A stretch of DNA of 64,000 nt from Eledone cirrhosa (Eukaryota), in the NCBI GenBank assembly GCA_964016885.1, contig OZ024756.1, positions 496,001 through 560,000 of the forward strand, read 5' to 3'. A model generated the notes under the pieces. That model made no database searches. It was not told the DNA's origin and saw nothing but the letters and a program-made list of their open reading frames with translations. Each line of letters opens with the position of its first letter. Position 1 is the stretch's first letter. A program made the translations under genes and the position numbers. Positions 29,611 to 42,406 of this stretch are shown piece by piece.

Positions 29611-30719
29611 TCCAAGGTTTTTCTTCTAATATGGAAATGAGCCTTCTAATATGTAAATGAAACTTCAAAAATGTAATTAATATTCTCTAATATATTTCTA
29701 AAAAAAATTTCTTCTAATATGCAAATTTGCTCATTTGCATATTAGATATGTAGTGTAATTAAGATTCTCTCTATATAATTCTTCTAATATGTAAATGAAC
29801 TTCAAACTCATTTGCATATTAGATGAAATTTTGAAAAAGAATTCTCCACGGTGGTCAGGGACGGACCTTCCATCTATGTGCCGGCCCCGAATAGTCCCAG
29901 GCCCAGTTAGCAATCGTACGCCACTACGAATCGAACGCTAGATAGGGAGACTGGTAGTCCGAGACGCAGTTCGCATGCCACCGCGAAGGCCGCAATTCTA
30001 CTGATTTAAATAGTGGTACTTATGGCTACTTTGGAAAAATTTTGATAAAAAAAAAATTATATATGCAAACGGAACAAAGAGAAGTAATTCTGTATTCAAA
30101 TATTTTTTCATAAGACAATTATTAATGCATTGGTGGTGCTGCGAAGACGGGGTTTTCGATGTCTGCCAACGGATTGTTTAGGGAGTTTAATTATGGGGGT
30201 TTATCGAAGTTTGATGGTGACCCTCTCTACAATTCAGGACCCTTTGATGTCTACAAGATGTTGCGATAGAGACGCAAGTTAGACGTGAGAGGGTAGCCAG
30301 CTTTGTTTACAGTCGAGCGATAGCCATAGAAGATTATACAGGTTAGACATGTCTTTTAACCGCTTTTTTTTATGTACATGCCTTTGGCCCTCTAAGCGAG
30401 CGTTAACCACAGAGATCTTACAAGCCAGAGAGGACATTGAGCCTTCGAGAGACAGTCACCATCGGTTTTCGATTGACAACCATAACTACACCCCGTAACA
30501 ACACACATATATCACCAGCAACGTATTAACAATTTTCTAATGAAAAATATATTCACACCTGAATTACTTCCATTTATTCCGTTTACATATATTATTTCAT
30601 CAACGAATAATTAAAAATATAGATACAAATATGACTTAATACGTACTTTGATGGACTCCGAGTTTAAGGGTGTGGCCACAGGGGGGGGGGGGGGGGGCTA
30701 AAGTGTGCCATTGACAGAT

Positions 30720-31540
30720 GACCCCAGTTATTGGGATGTTAAGAGACAGGCCTAACCTTTTATAAGCTGCCGCATGGAGCCAACGGATACCACAATATAC
30801 TGTATATCAGGGGCATTAAAATACAGACCCATTGTTATATTACATGTAACTGTGGGCCGTGTGGGGGAACAGCTAACACTGTATAACAGGGACGTTAAAA
30901 GAGAGGAGCAGCTAACACAATATACTTTATATGAGGGACATTAAAAGACAGACAAGCAGACCTTATATTAGATGTGACAGCTGATGTATGGAGGGACAGC
31001 TACCGCAATATACTCTATATCTGGGACGTTAAAAGACAAACACACCCTTATATTAGAAAGGACAGCTACCACAATATACTGTATATCAGGTGTTAAAAGA
31101 CAGGCCCATCTAGAGTTATAACTATAGACCGTACGGAGGGGTAGCTATTACAATATACTGTATAACATGGACGTTAAAAGACAGACACATCCTTACATTA
31201 GATGTAATTGTGGGTTGTAAGGATAGACAGACCCAACATTATATTAGATGTAACAGCAGCCGTATGGAGAGAGGGCTACCACAATATACTGTATATCATG
31301 GTCGTTAAAAGACAGAGCCATTCTTATATTAGATGTAATTGTGGGATGTACTGAGGAGCTGCTACCACTGTATATCAGGGACATTAAAAGACAGGTTCAC
31401 CTTTTTATAAGCTGCAACTGTGGACCGTATGGAGTGAGGGACAGATCCAGCATTATATCAGATGTAATTGTCGGTCGTATGGAGGGACAGCTAGCACAAT
31501 ATACTGTATATCAGGGACGTTAAAATACAAGTCCATTGTT
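30720..31540. repeat. Degenerate ~85-bp minisatellite (second array ~34830-35410)
   Basis: Unit ~ttatattagatgtaactgtgggccgtatggagggacagctaccacaatatactgtatatcagggacgttaaaagacag. Confidence 0.85.
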
Positions 31541-31554
31541 TTTATCAGAGAAAG

Positions 31555-31882
31555 AGTCTTGCTGCGTATCACTTCCAGCTTCGCAGATGGAGGTATTCCA
31601 CCAGCCTGCACCTCAGGAAGAGTACCACCCTCCCCATATCACCATTGGCGAGACTAAACTGAAAACAGTCCGTCATTTCACCTACCTGGGGTGCACCATC
31701 ACATCGGGTGCCAAGATCGACAGAGAAGTCAGCAACAGACTAGCAAAGGTGAGCAGTGAATTTGGTAGACTGTACTAACGTGTGGAAGATTAAACACGAG
31801 GCTGAACTCCTAACTACGCTGGGCAGGGCACGTCTCTAGGATGAAGGATCATCGCCTGCCCAGGATCAATCTCAACTCTCTA
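31555..31882 (+). mobile_element. RTE-BovB-like RT C-terminal fragment (paralog ~35420-35752)
   Basis: HQPAP..PHITIGET.LK.V..FTYLGCTI..IDREVSNRLAK; LRWAGHVSRM. Confidence 0.8.
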
Positions 31883-31884
31883 TA

Positions 31885-32265
31885 GGCGTTCGTGACAGGA
31901 GGACCAAATATAAAGAACCTATGCTGGAGAAAGGTTCGCAGGTATGGCTATTTCCAGTCGAGGTGGGTTGCAGGGAATTCTAGGCTCAGTGGAATGACAG
32001 GACGAGAGAAGAAGGCTGCAGTTCGCAGGATGAGGGAGGCAGCAGAAAAGGCCTCCTGTTGGCTTTGGAGCAGGAGAGAGGGGATAAGCTGGAAGCTAGG
32101 TGGCGATAATGGGCAGTAATTTGGCCACCATTGCTGACCTACCAGCGGGAGGGTGATACGGTTGAGGGTCAAAACTCCCAATGAAAGTAGGACACGGCTG
32201 GGTGACATCAGCACCTGCTGGCTAAGGCTATGTCCACCGAAGGGGAATGAATGTGAGGCACATGA
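31885..32265 (+). mobile_element. HERO/R2-superfamily RLE retrotransposon 3' fragment (internally deleted paralog ~35755-35990)
   Basis: FPVEVGCRG and EAAEKASCWLWSRR in different frames. Confidence 0.65.
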
Positions 32266-32409
32266 GGACGTAATTATGCCTATATATATATATCATCATC
32301 ATCGTTTAATATCTATCTTCCCCGCTAGCATGGGTTTTACGGGTTTGTCCCATTTAGAGGATAGTTGGGCCGGGTAACCGTGTTTCGCTCATATATATAA
32401 ACTTTATTG

Positions 32410-32499
32410 GCATATTGCAATCGTATCAATATCAATCATTTCAGAATACAATCAAAATGACAGGGGCCCGACCCTACCTCGATATCTCATCAGATATGC
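32410..32499 (-). ncRNA. Degenerate hammerhead-like motif (more decayed paralog ~36173-36258)
   Basis: gcatat-CTGATGA-long stem II-GAAA-stem III-GCA-atatgc; U16.1 is replaced by C. Confidence 0.4.
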
Positions 32500-32719
32500 G
32501 AGTTTATATGTGCATAATAAACACCGCCTGTAACTTTCATTAGAATCTTACCTAACATATGTGTGTAAGTGGTGGGGATAGAGTAACCGGACTGTGGGCC
32601 CTATCGTTAAAACACCCGAGAAAACCTCATAGGAGACCCCTAGAATCTGCTCCAGAATACAAAATTAATTTACAACAGTTTCAGAAAATATTTAGCTCTG
32701 TTGAAGAATCGAAGCAACA

Positions 32720-33053
32720 CTTTCTCCTGGTGCAGACGCGAATAACCCAGGTTCTGCTGCACATCGGGCCGGGGAGGCCAAACTCTCCAAATACCGGTCA
32801 CTCTCCGACAGGTTTGCGGTCGTACCCTTGGCAATGGAGACTTCTGGTGTCCTCGGCCCTAGGGTTACCTCCCTACTCACCACCATAGGCGCTGAGCTGG
32901 CCAGCCGCAGGTTGGAATGGCTTTTCCAGCGTGTCTCTCTTGCTGTCCCCCGGGGAAACACCTTCTCCATTCTGTCCGCCGGGGCTGTGGGGAGACCACC
33001 AATATGATTGACCGACTTGTCGTTTTATCAGTCAACTGTTGCTGTCGTTAGAT
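32720..33053 (+). mobile_element. CRE-clade-like non-LTR retrotransposon 3' fragment
   Basis: Frame 32720-33007 by my translation: GSAAHRAGEAKLSKY..VPLAMETSGVLG..LFQRVSLAVPRGN; absent at paralogous sites ~36480 and ~26660. Confidence 0.75.
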
Positions 33054-33409
33054 ATTTACGGTCTTTGATCTCAATCTGGAAAGAAGTATTTAAATACAGG
33101 TAACAGAGCTGCTACAGGGAAAACTAGGAAGATTAAAAAAAAAACTACACTAGATATATCTTTTGTGAATAAAAAGAAACATGTTGAATTTTATTATGAA
33201 ATCCCTACATTTTATTGTTTATTTTCAACACTGGAAGCAGTAATCCCACTCATAAAAGTTGTGCTAAACCACAGTATACTGTATATGAGGGACGTTAAAA
33301 GGCAGGTCCATTCTTTTATCACAGAGAAAGAGTTTTGCTACGTATCACTTCCGGCTCTCTAGACTGGAAGTAAGTTTGAAGAAGATGGAGGTATTCCTCC
33401 TACACCACC

Positions 33410-34380
33410 CAGTGGTCAACGGGCATCTTTTCATGTGGCCGGAAATCAACAAAGAATAAAAGGTAAACACCCACCTTCAATGGACTGAAAACCACATGCT
33501 GGAACCTGAGGACCTTGCTAGACAGGGTCACCCTGAGTATGTCAATCTCTTCTAATTCCACACCAACTGTCAACACTGAATGTTGACATTGCTGCTCTCA
33601 GTGAGGTCCACTTCCTAGAGCAAGTCCTCCTACAAGAGCATAGCACCAGATACACCCTCTACTGGTCAAGGCCACCAATAAAACAATAGCAACAGATACA
33701 CCCTCTATTGGTCAAGGCCACCAATAAAACAATAGCACCAGATACACCCTCTACTGGTCAAGGCCACCAATAAAACAATAGCAACAGATACACCCTCTAC
33801 TGGTCAAGGCCACCAATAAAAGAATAGCAACAGATACACCCTCTACTGGTCAAGGCCACCAATAAAACAATAGCAACAGATACACACGCTATTAGTCAAG
33901 TCCACCTACAAAAGCATAGCATCAGATACACCCTCTATTGGTCAAGGCCACCAATAAAACAATAGCACCAGATACACCCTCTACTGGTCAAGGCCACCAA
34001 TACAACAATAGCACCAGATACACCCTCTACTGGTCAAGGCCACCAATACAACAATAGCACCAGATACACCCTCTACTGGTCAAGGCCACCAATACAACAA
34101 TAGCAACAGATACACACGCTATTAGTCAAGTCCACCTACAAAAGCATAGCATCAGATACACCCTCTATTGGTCAAGGCCACCTACAAAACCACAGCACCA
34201 GATACATCCTCTACTGGTCAAGTAAACCAGCAGCGTGAGACGCCTTTCAGGAGTGGGTTTCATGGTCAGGAGTTCTATCACTTCCAAGCGTGAAAACCTG
34301 CCAACAGGTCATTCTGACCGCATCACCTCTATGTCCGTCCCATTCAGTAATCAACTATATACCACACTCTTCAAGCAGAT
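33410..34380 (+). mobile_element. RTE-BovB-like APE N-terminal fragment interrupted by a minisatellite
   Basis: CWNLRTLLD, NVDIAALSEV, YTLYWS before the array; LSGVGFMV, ENLPTGHSDRI after it. Confidence 0.75.
33623..34221. repeat. 46-bp minisatellite, ~13 copies
   Basis: Unit tagcaccagatacaccctctactggtcaaggccaccaataaaacaa. Confidence 0.95.
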
Positions 34381-34407
34381 CCTGCGGACAAGAACATGAG
34401 CGTTAGA

Positions 34408-34682
34408 TCATCTGTGTATAGAAGTTCCCATGGCATGGGCAGCCGCTCGAACTCCTGTTATAGGCTGAAGGGCAATAATAAATAGGAGGGGGCTAAGGAC
34501 AGAGCCCTGATGAACACCAACTTTTACGCTAAACTCTTCACTATATTCGTTGTTAATTCTAACCTTGCTGACTGTTTCTTTATACATGGCTTGTATAGCT
34601 CTCACAAGCCATTCATCAACACCTAGTTTTCTAAGAGCCCACCAGATAATGGGGCGTGGGACTCAGTCAAAGGCTTTTTCCA
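34408..34682 (-). mobile_element. RTE family A-like internal RT fragment
   Basis: RAIQAMYKETVSKVRIN..GVHQGSVLSP. Confidence 0.9.
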
Positions 34683-37505
34683 TATATATATACATATACA
34701 TATATATATACATACATACACACATATATATATATACATACATAAATATACGTACCTTGATTGATTCCAGGTTTAAGGGTGTGGCTATAGGGAAGGAGAG
34801 AGGAGGTGAAATGTGCCATTGACAGATGACCCCAGTTCTTGGGATGTTAAAAAACAGGTCAACCTTTTATAAGCTGCAACTGTGGGCCATATGGTGCGAG
34901 AGATAGACCCAACATTATATTAGATGTACCTGTGGGCTGTATAGAAGTACAACTACCACAATATACTGTATATTAAGGACGTTAAAAGACAAACCCAGCC
35001 TTTTATTAGATGTAACAGCAGCCGTATAGAGGGACAGCTACCACAATATACTGTATATAAGGGAAGTTATAAGACAAAACCATCCTTAGATGTAACTGTG
35101 GGCCGTGTGGAATGACAGCTAGCACATAATACTGTATATCAGGGTGGTTAAAAGACAGAACCAAACTTATATTAGATTTGTAGGCCGTATCGAGGTACAG
35201 CTTCCATAATATACAGTTTATCAGGGACGTTAAAAGACCCATTTTTTAAATACATGTAACTGTGGGTCGTATGGCGGGAGAGTTACAACAATATACTATA
35301 AGGCATGTTAAAAGACAAACACAAGCTTAGATGTAACAGCTGCCGTATCGAGAGACAGCTTCCACAGTGTACTGTATATCAGGGACGTTAAAAGGAAAGC
35401 CCATTCTTTTATCACAGAGGCTGCCCAGCTCTCTTGACTGTAAGTAAGCTTAAAGAAGATGTAGGTATTCCACCAGTCTTCACCTCAGGAAGTGTGCCAC
35501 CCTCCCCATATCACCATTGGCGAGACTGAACTGAAAACAGTCCATCATTTCAGCTACCTGGGGTGCATCTTCACATCGGGTGTCAAGATCGACAGGGAAA
35601 TCAGCAACAGACTGGCAAAGGTGAGCAGTGAATTTAGTAGACTACTAATGTGTGGAAGATTAAACATGAAGCTGAACTCCCAACTACGCTGGGCAGGGCA
35701 CGTCTCTAGGTTGAAGGATCATTGCCTGCCCAGAATCACTCTCAAATCTCTGTAGGAGTTTGTGACAGGAAGGCCAAATCTAAAGAACTTTTGACGGAGT
35801 GAGGGAGAAAGGTTCGCAGCGTATGGCGATAATGGGCAGTAATTTGGCCACCATTGCTGACACACCAGCGAGAGGGTGTTACAGTTGAGGGTCAAAATTC
35901 CCAATGCATGTAGGACACAGCCAGTTGACATCAACACCTCCTAGCCAAGGCTATGTCCATCGAAGGTGAATGAATGTGAGGCACCTGAAGACATAATTAT
36001 GCCTATATATATATATATATATCATCATCGTTTAACGTCTATCTTCCACGCTAGCATGGATTAGACGGGTTTGTCTCATTTTGAGGCAAGTTGAGTGACC
36101 TTGTCTCGCTCATATATATATATATATATAAGCAGGATCAAAGTCGATTGCAGCATATATATAAACTTTATTGGTATATTGCAATCGTATCGATCATCTC
36201 ATGATACAATCATAATGACCGGGGCCTGACTCTGCCTCAATATCTCATTAAATATGCAAGTTTATATGAGCAAAAACACACACCGCCTGTAACTTTAATT
36301 ATGGACTTACTTAACATATGTGTGTAGGGGTGGGGATTGAATAACTGCACTGTGGACCCTATCGTTAAAACACCTGAGAAAACCTCATGAGACACACACC
36401 CCTAGATGCTGCTGCAGAATACAAAATGAATTTATAACAGTTTCAGAAAATATTTAGCACGGTTGAAGAATTGAATCAACAATTTAAGGTCTTTCATCTT
36501 TATCTTGAAAGAAGCATTTAAATACACCGAAATATTAACTAAAACTAGGAAGAGTTTTAAAGAAATACACTCGACAAATTATCTGTGAATAAAAGAGAAA
36601 CACATTGAATTTTATTAAATCCCTACATTTTATTGTTTATTTTCAACATGAATTGGAACACTTGGTCTGTGTATTTCATTAGGAATACGGTAAGAAGAGA
36701 CTTCACAAAGCTAGAGGGATGTGTAAATAGCTCAATTTAGGAGTAGCCATGTGTTTCATCTATCAAGTACCTGGGGTGACAGGTCAAACGTTTATCATAG
36801 TTGTCTTTTGACAGGACAATGGTGAGAATTCCTAACAAAATGCGGTTTCGATTTTTCGACAGGTAAAACATAATCGAATTCTGTTACAAATTAATTAATA
36901 AAAAATATGTTAAATGTTGTTATATTGGCAATGTAATGAAACAGGTATCTCATTAAGAATAGGTTAACAACTAGGCAGGTGTAAATAGTAGATGATAGGA
37001 GACTAAGAGGGAAAGGTTTACAAAAATATTTCAACATAATATAAAAATCTAGGTTACCACTAATATTATTGTAACATTTTTTTATTTCTTGTCCAATTCT
37101 TTAAAGTTTTATCTTAGTTTCTTGTCCTATTCTTTTAAAGTTTTATCTTAGTTTCTTGTCCTATTCTTTTAAAGTTTTATTTTAGTTTCTTGTCCTGTAT
37201 TTTTAAAGGTTTATATTCCAACAATATTACTTTTTTTTGCTGTACGCATTTTTCTATCTGGTTATAAATGTATGAAATTTAAAATATACTATATATATAT
37301 ATATATTTATTTAGGTTTCTTGGTTCACCACTGGATAGAACTGGTCATTCCGTATGTAATATTACGGAGAGCACTCGACGTAATGCAACTCACCCGTCTT
37401 CGTTTGTCTTGTTGGTGGTGCGAGTACGGAGTTAATTATTATAAAATAACAGGAGGCTTTCAGCCCCATGGATCTTGTCTATTATATTCCTTTGTTAAAT
37501 TTCGA

Positions 37506-37563
37506 ATACCTGATGATGTCACCGGATTCGTACTGAACCCAGTCATTGAAATGTTCATAGTAT
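37506..37563 (+). ncRNA. Minimal type I hammerhead-like motif
   Basis: atac-CTGATGA-stem II-GAA-atg tt cat-A-gtat; enclosed by an 18-bp inverted repeat at 37441-37458 and 37594-37611. Confidence 0.55.
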
Positions 37564-37603
37564 AATAAACCTTTTAAGGAGTTACACCAGTCCAGCCTCC
37601 TGT

Positions 37604-37634
<31 letters not shown>

Positions 37635-37635
<1 letters not shown>

Positions 37636-38097
37636 GTAGCAAGAGTTGCCTCTCTTGTCATGACAATCTCATCACCGCTCTCTAGACAGGAAGTAGCTGG
37701 AGTTGCTTCCCTTTGGGGTTGACAGACTCCCTGTTGGTCACTTCCGGTCAGACCCTATAAAAGGAACAGGTCAGGACAATCTTTCTCTCTCGCCTCCTGA
37801 ATTCCAAAGTGGTAACACCTGCGACCTTAGCATGAGATGATTCCTTTCTCATAATCCTTCGCCACCAAGAAGAATGCAACCGACGACCGCCTAAGAGCCT
37901 GAGAAGTTGTTAACACCTCCAAGAAAAGATCTCTCCTTTTCTCTACAAACTTCAGCCTGGAGTTGTGATCCACGGGTAACGATTCATTTATATTAATGCC
38001 TTTGACTTCTATGAAGTAAAAACATTATCACAACACACACCGGCATTTATTGTCTTTTGTAATAATTTTATATGTACACCGATACTAATCTCCTAAA
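37635..38097 (+). repeat. 5' LTR (TATA box tataaaa at 37756)
   Basis: tgtagcaagag...ctcctaaa; direct repeat of 43019-43478. Confidence 0.95.
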
Positions 38098-38098
38098 G

Positions 38099-38117
38099 TG
38101 GTGACCCCCGACGTGAT
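38099..38117 (+). promoter_or_regulatory. Primer binding site, tRNA-Trp type
   Basis: tggtgacccccgacgtgat matches the tRNA-Trp PBS TGGTGACCCCGACGTGAT with one extra C. Confidence 0.85.
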
Positions 38118-38512
38118 TTAAAAAAAAAAAAAAAAAAAATGGGAAATGGTTTACGGTGTATATATAAAAAAAAACAACAATTTAATACAAAACGAACACC
38201 TACAGTTATTGTCACACAAACAAACAGCAATTGTATGAATGTTTTTGCCTTTTTTTTTCTGCCCTTCTCTTCTCGGCTAAACATTTTCATTAGTGTTTTT
38301 GGCGCGAAATAGTCCGCCATGTTGGATTTTTTTTTTAAGTTCCTTGCCCTTACCTTAGTAATAACAGCATTCACTTAATCGCTTCTTTGCATATTGTCCC
38401 GGATGCATTTTTCCGGTCCAGTGGTTTGACAGGGAAAAATAAGCAATCTTGTTTTCCTTTTCTGTTGCGTTAGAGACATTTTTCCAAACGGTAAATTGCC
38501 TACGGTATACCA

Positions 38513-39290
38513 ATGGCTTCTCACTCTGTTCTGCCAACGTACACGGGCGGCGTAAGGCTATGGTTCGCCCAGCTAGAAGCATTTTTCAAGGCGAACAGAG
38601 TTGACGAGGAACTACAACGTCCTGTGGTCCTTAGCGCAATTCCGCCGGCAATTCTCCCAGCGATTAAGGACCTGGTGTTAGAGACACCCACAGACTCGAC
38701 GTATACGTCTCTGAAGGCTGAAATACTCAGCCGGACAGAACAGTCTTCAGAAAAAAGATTTAGGGCTTTGGTCCATCTGGAGCATATAGGGGATGGCACC
38801 CCATCGAACCTCCTAAGGCGAATGAAGGACCTAACGGAGGGGTCGGTAGCGGAAACTGCCCTGCTGAAGCAGTTGTTCTTCTCGCGGCTGCCGACCAACG
38901 TACAGCAATTTTGGCCCCCATGAGGGATACAAGCACGGTGGATCAGCTTGCCGCCTCTGCGGACAAAGTTTTCGAGGTGACGAATGCCGGAGGCAGCGAC
39001 CCCCTTGCCGCTGTTCACCACCCAGCTCGGGCCACACACGGCCATGCGATCTACGCGGCAGCGCCAATAGACAGCGCAACCATTATGGCGATGCAAACGT
39101 CCATTCAGGAACTCACCATAGAGATCCACAAGATGAAGGCCTTGTGTGGTGCCCGTCGCGCCCTCGCAAAGTTTTAGACGTCGTTCTAAATCACCAGGTT
39201 CATCTTTATGCTGGTACCACGAGCGATTTGCTGAGAACGCGAATCACTGCGTGCAACCTTGCTCCTTTCATAAGGCGGGAAACGCCTAAG
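38513..39290 (+). pseudogene. gag: Gypsy gag, frameshifted
   Basis: LWFAQLEAFF, YTSLKAEIL, GDGTPSNLLRRM, LFFSRLP; knuckle CWYH.RF...A.HC..PC near 39208. Confidence 0.85.
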
Positions 39291-39300
39291 AGGTCCGCTG

Positions 39301-42300
39301 ATGGGGACAGTTGACCTCAACATAAAGCCACCAAACCGCCATTTCTTCATTAAGGACCTAATGTCCGGAAGAGGTTTTATCGTGGATACAGGAGCCTCCT
39401 GTAGTATTTGGCCGGTCCATTGCCTGAAAGATACCCCCATAGAGTCATCGGTTACGCTGCAGGCAGTTAACCACTCGTCTATAAAGATGTACGGGCAAAT
39501 CTCGCTTCCTCTTAAATTCCTAAATCTTCGAAGGGATTTTAAGTGGATTTTTACGGTTGCCGATTTGCCATACCCCATCTTAGGAGCGGATTTCCTCCAC
39601 AACCTCTCTTTAACTGTGGACGTCCGTGGCCAACGTCTGGTGGATAACATCACTGGCTTTTCAATTCATGGCCAGGAAGCCAATACTCCAATAGTCAGCC
39701 CCATGTTCTTCGTCGCTGCCGCTGGAGACGCCTACCATTCGTTGCTGGGTTCTTTCCCGGAGCTCACGGATGGAAATTTTCGAATCACTGACCCAGCACA
39801 CTCGACCGAACATTTCGTTTCCACCACCGGTGCTCCAGTGTTTTCGCGTCCACGCCGCTTACCGACGGAAAAATTAAAGGCAGCACGGTCCGAGTTCGAC
39901 CATATGCTGCAGCTGGGCATTATTCGCCCATCTACGAGTCCTTGGGCTTCACCATTACACATGGCGCCCAAGACTTCCGGCGACTGGAGACCCACTGGGG
40001 ATTATAGGAGGTTAAATGCCATGAGCGTCCCGGATAGGTATCCCATTCCCCATCTCCATGATTTTGCATCTTCACTGCAGGGGTGTAAGATTTTTTCTAA
40101 GTTAGATTTAGTGCGAGCCTACCACCAAATTCCGGTCAGGAAGGAGGATATTCCGAAAACGGCGATTACAACCCCTTTCGGATCCTTCGAATTTTTTACC
40201 ATGCCTTTCGGACTCAGGAACGCCGCTAGCACTTTTCAGCGGTTCATAGACGAGGTCACGCGTGGTCTGGACTTCGTTTATGCTTACATAGACGATATTC
40301 TCGTCGCTAGTTCCTCTCCGGAAGAGCATAAGCGCCACATGCTTCTCTTATTTCGGCGACTTCAGGATTACCGCGTTCGCGTGAATCCTGCAAAGTGTGT
40401 TTTCGGTTCCACTTCCCTAAATTTTGTAGGCCACCTCATCGACGCCGAAGGTATTAGACCGCTCCCTCGGCGAGTTCAAGCCATGCAGGAGTTACCTCCG
40501 CCTACTACACTTCACCAGTTGCGTCACTCTTAGGCCTAATCAATTTCTATAGGCGTTTCGTTCCTCATTGTGCTAATTTGCTATCTTCCCTTACTGACAT
40601 TTAAAAAAATCGTCGTAAGAAGAATGAAGACATTTCCTTGACACAAGGACAGCTTCAAGACTTCCAGACTGCCAAGACAGCACTCGCTAGTTCATCTTTG
40701 CTAGCCCATCCGGTACCAGAGGCCAAGCTTTCGCTTAGTGTTGATGCATCTGATACCGCTGTGGGAGCAGTTTTACAGCAGTCCTACGCTGAAAACCAAC
40801 AACCTTTGGCATTTTTCTCGAGGAAGAGACGCGTTATATCACGTTTGGGCGGGAATTATTAGCCATATATCTGTCGGTGAAAAATTTCTCTCATATTCTT
40901 GAGGGGAGACTTTTTACAGTTTTTACCGACCACAAACCGTTGACCTTCGCTTTGAGGGTCAAAGCCGACAGATATTCGCCCAGAGAGACAAGGCACCTGG
41001 ACTACGTTTCACAATTTACAAACGATATCCAGCACATTGCCGGCTCGCACAACATAGTTGCAGACGCATTGTCACGTTTGCCAATTAGTTCCATCTCGTC
41101 ATCCCAGGAGATCGACTTAGGTCGTTTAGCTGCAGACCAACCTGCACTCCAATCGTTGGACACTATTTCTGCTGAATTTGCGACTTGCATTTTCAAATAT
41201 CTGCCCTTGTCCACCACCGACAGGCAGATTCTATGTGATGTATCTACGGATGCACCACGACCACTTGTTCCTGAGACTCACCGTCGAATTGTGTTCCTGG
41301 CCTTGCTCAACATTTCTCACCCAGGATCTGCTGCCACAGTAAAGCTCATAACAGCCAGATTCTTCTGGCCAAATATGAGGCGCGACATTGCTGCCTGGTG
41401 CCGTTCCTGCATCGCTTGCCAGAAATCGAAAATCCATAGACACATCCGGACTCCACTTGGTACTTTCAGTACTCCAGATGCTAGGTTTCAACACATCCAC
41501 ATTGACATCGTTGGAGCTTGGCCATTCAGCAGTGGATATTCTTACATATTGACCTGTGTCGATCGTTTTTCGCGATGGCCTGAAGCCATCCCTTTACAAG
41601 ACATGACTGCTGAGACTGTAGCACGTGCCCTGGTATCAGGGTGGATTACTTGCTTTGGGGTACAAACTACACTCACCACAGACCGTGTAGACAATTCGAG
41701 TCCCATCTCTTCTCTGAGCTCACAAAGATAATTGGAGCTCAACGGATTCGGCCTATCATCCTGCGTCAAATGGAATGGTGGAACGATTCCACCGCCAATT
41801 AAAGGCCGCTCTTCGCGCCTATCCAGACTCTCAACGTTGGAGCGAGTACCTTCCTATTGTGTTGTTAGGAATTCGGTCATCATAAAGGAGGACCTTGGGT
41901 TCTCCCCGGCCGAATTAATTTACGGTGCTCCTCTAGCGTTGCCTGGGCAAATGCTTGCCCCTGTTGATCTTGCTTTCCAAGATCCGCTTTCCTACGTATC
42001 CCGTCTGCGTTCTTATTTTCAGGACCTGCCGCCGATGGATACGAGGAAACAAACTGTAAAACCTGCGGTCCCGAGGGATATTGCCTCGTGGACCCATGTG
42101 TTCGTAAGGAACGATGCTGTGAGACCACCCCTCACACAACCATACTCTGGACCCTACCGTGTGTTAGCACGTACTGACAAACATTTCACTGTAGACGTTA
42201 AGGGGTCCAGGGAGACAATTTCGGTGGATAGACTGAAAAGGGCACACAATGACGCTCATACACCCGAGCCACAAATACCCCAATCTTTCTCTCTTGTGCA

Positions 42301-42406
42301 TACACCTGCTCCTTCTGCCCCACCTTCACCTACATACAAGACTATGACCCGTTCCGGTCGGAGAGTCCACTGGCCCAAAAAGTTCTGCCAAACTATTTTT
42401 ATGTGA
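39301..42406 (+). pseudogene. pol: Gypsy pol (protease, RT, RNase H, integrase, GPY/F) with stops and frameshifts
   Basis: [56 protein letters not shown]. Confidence 0.93.
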
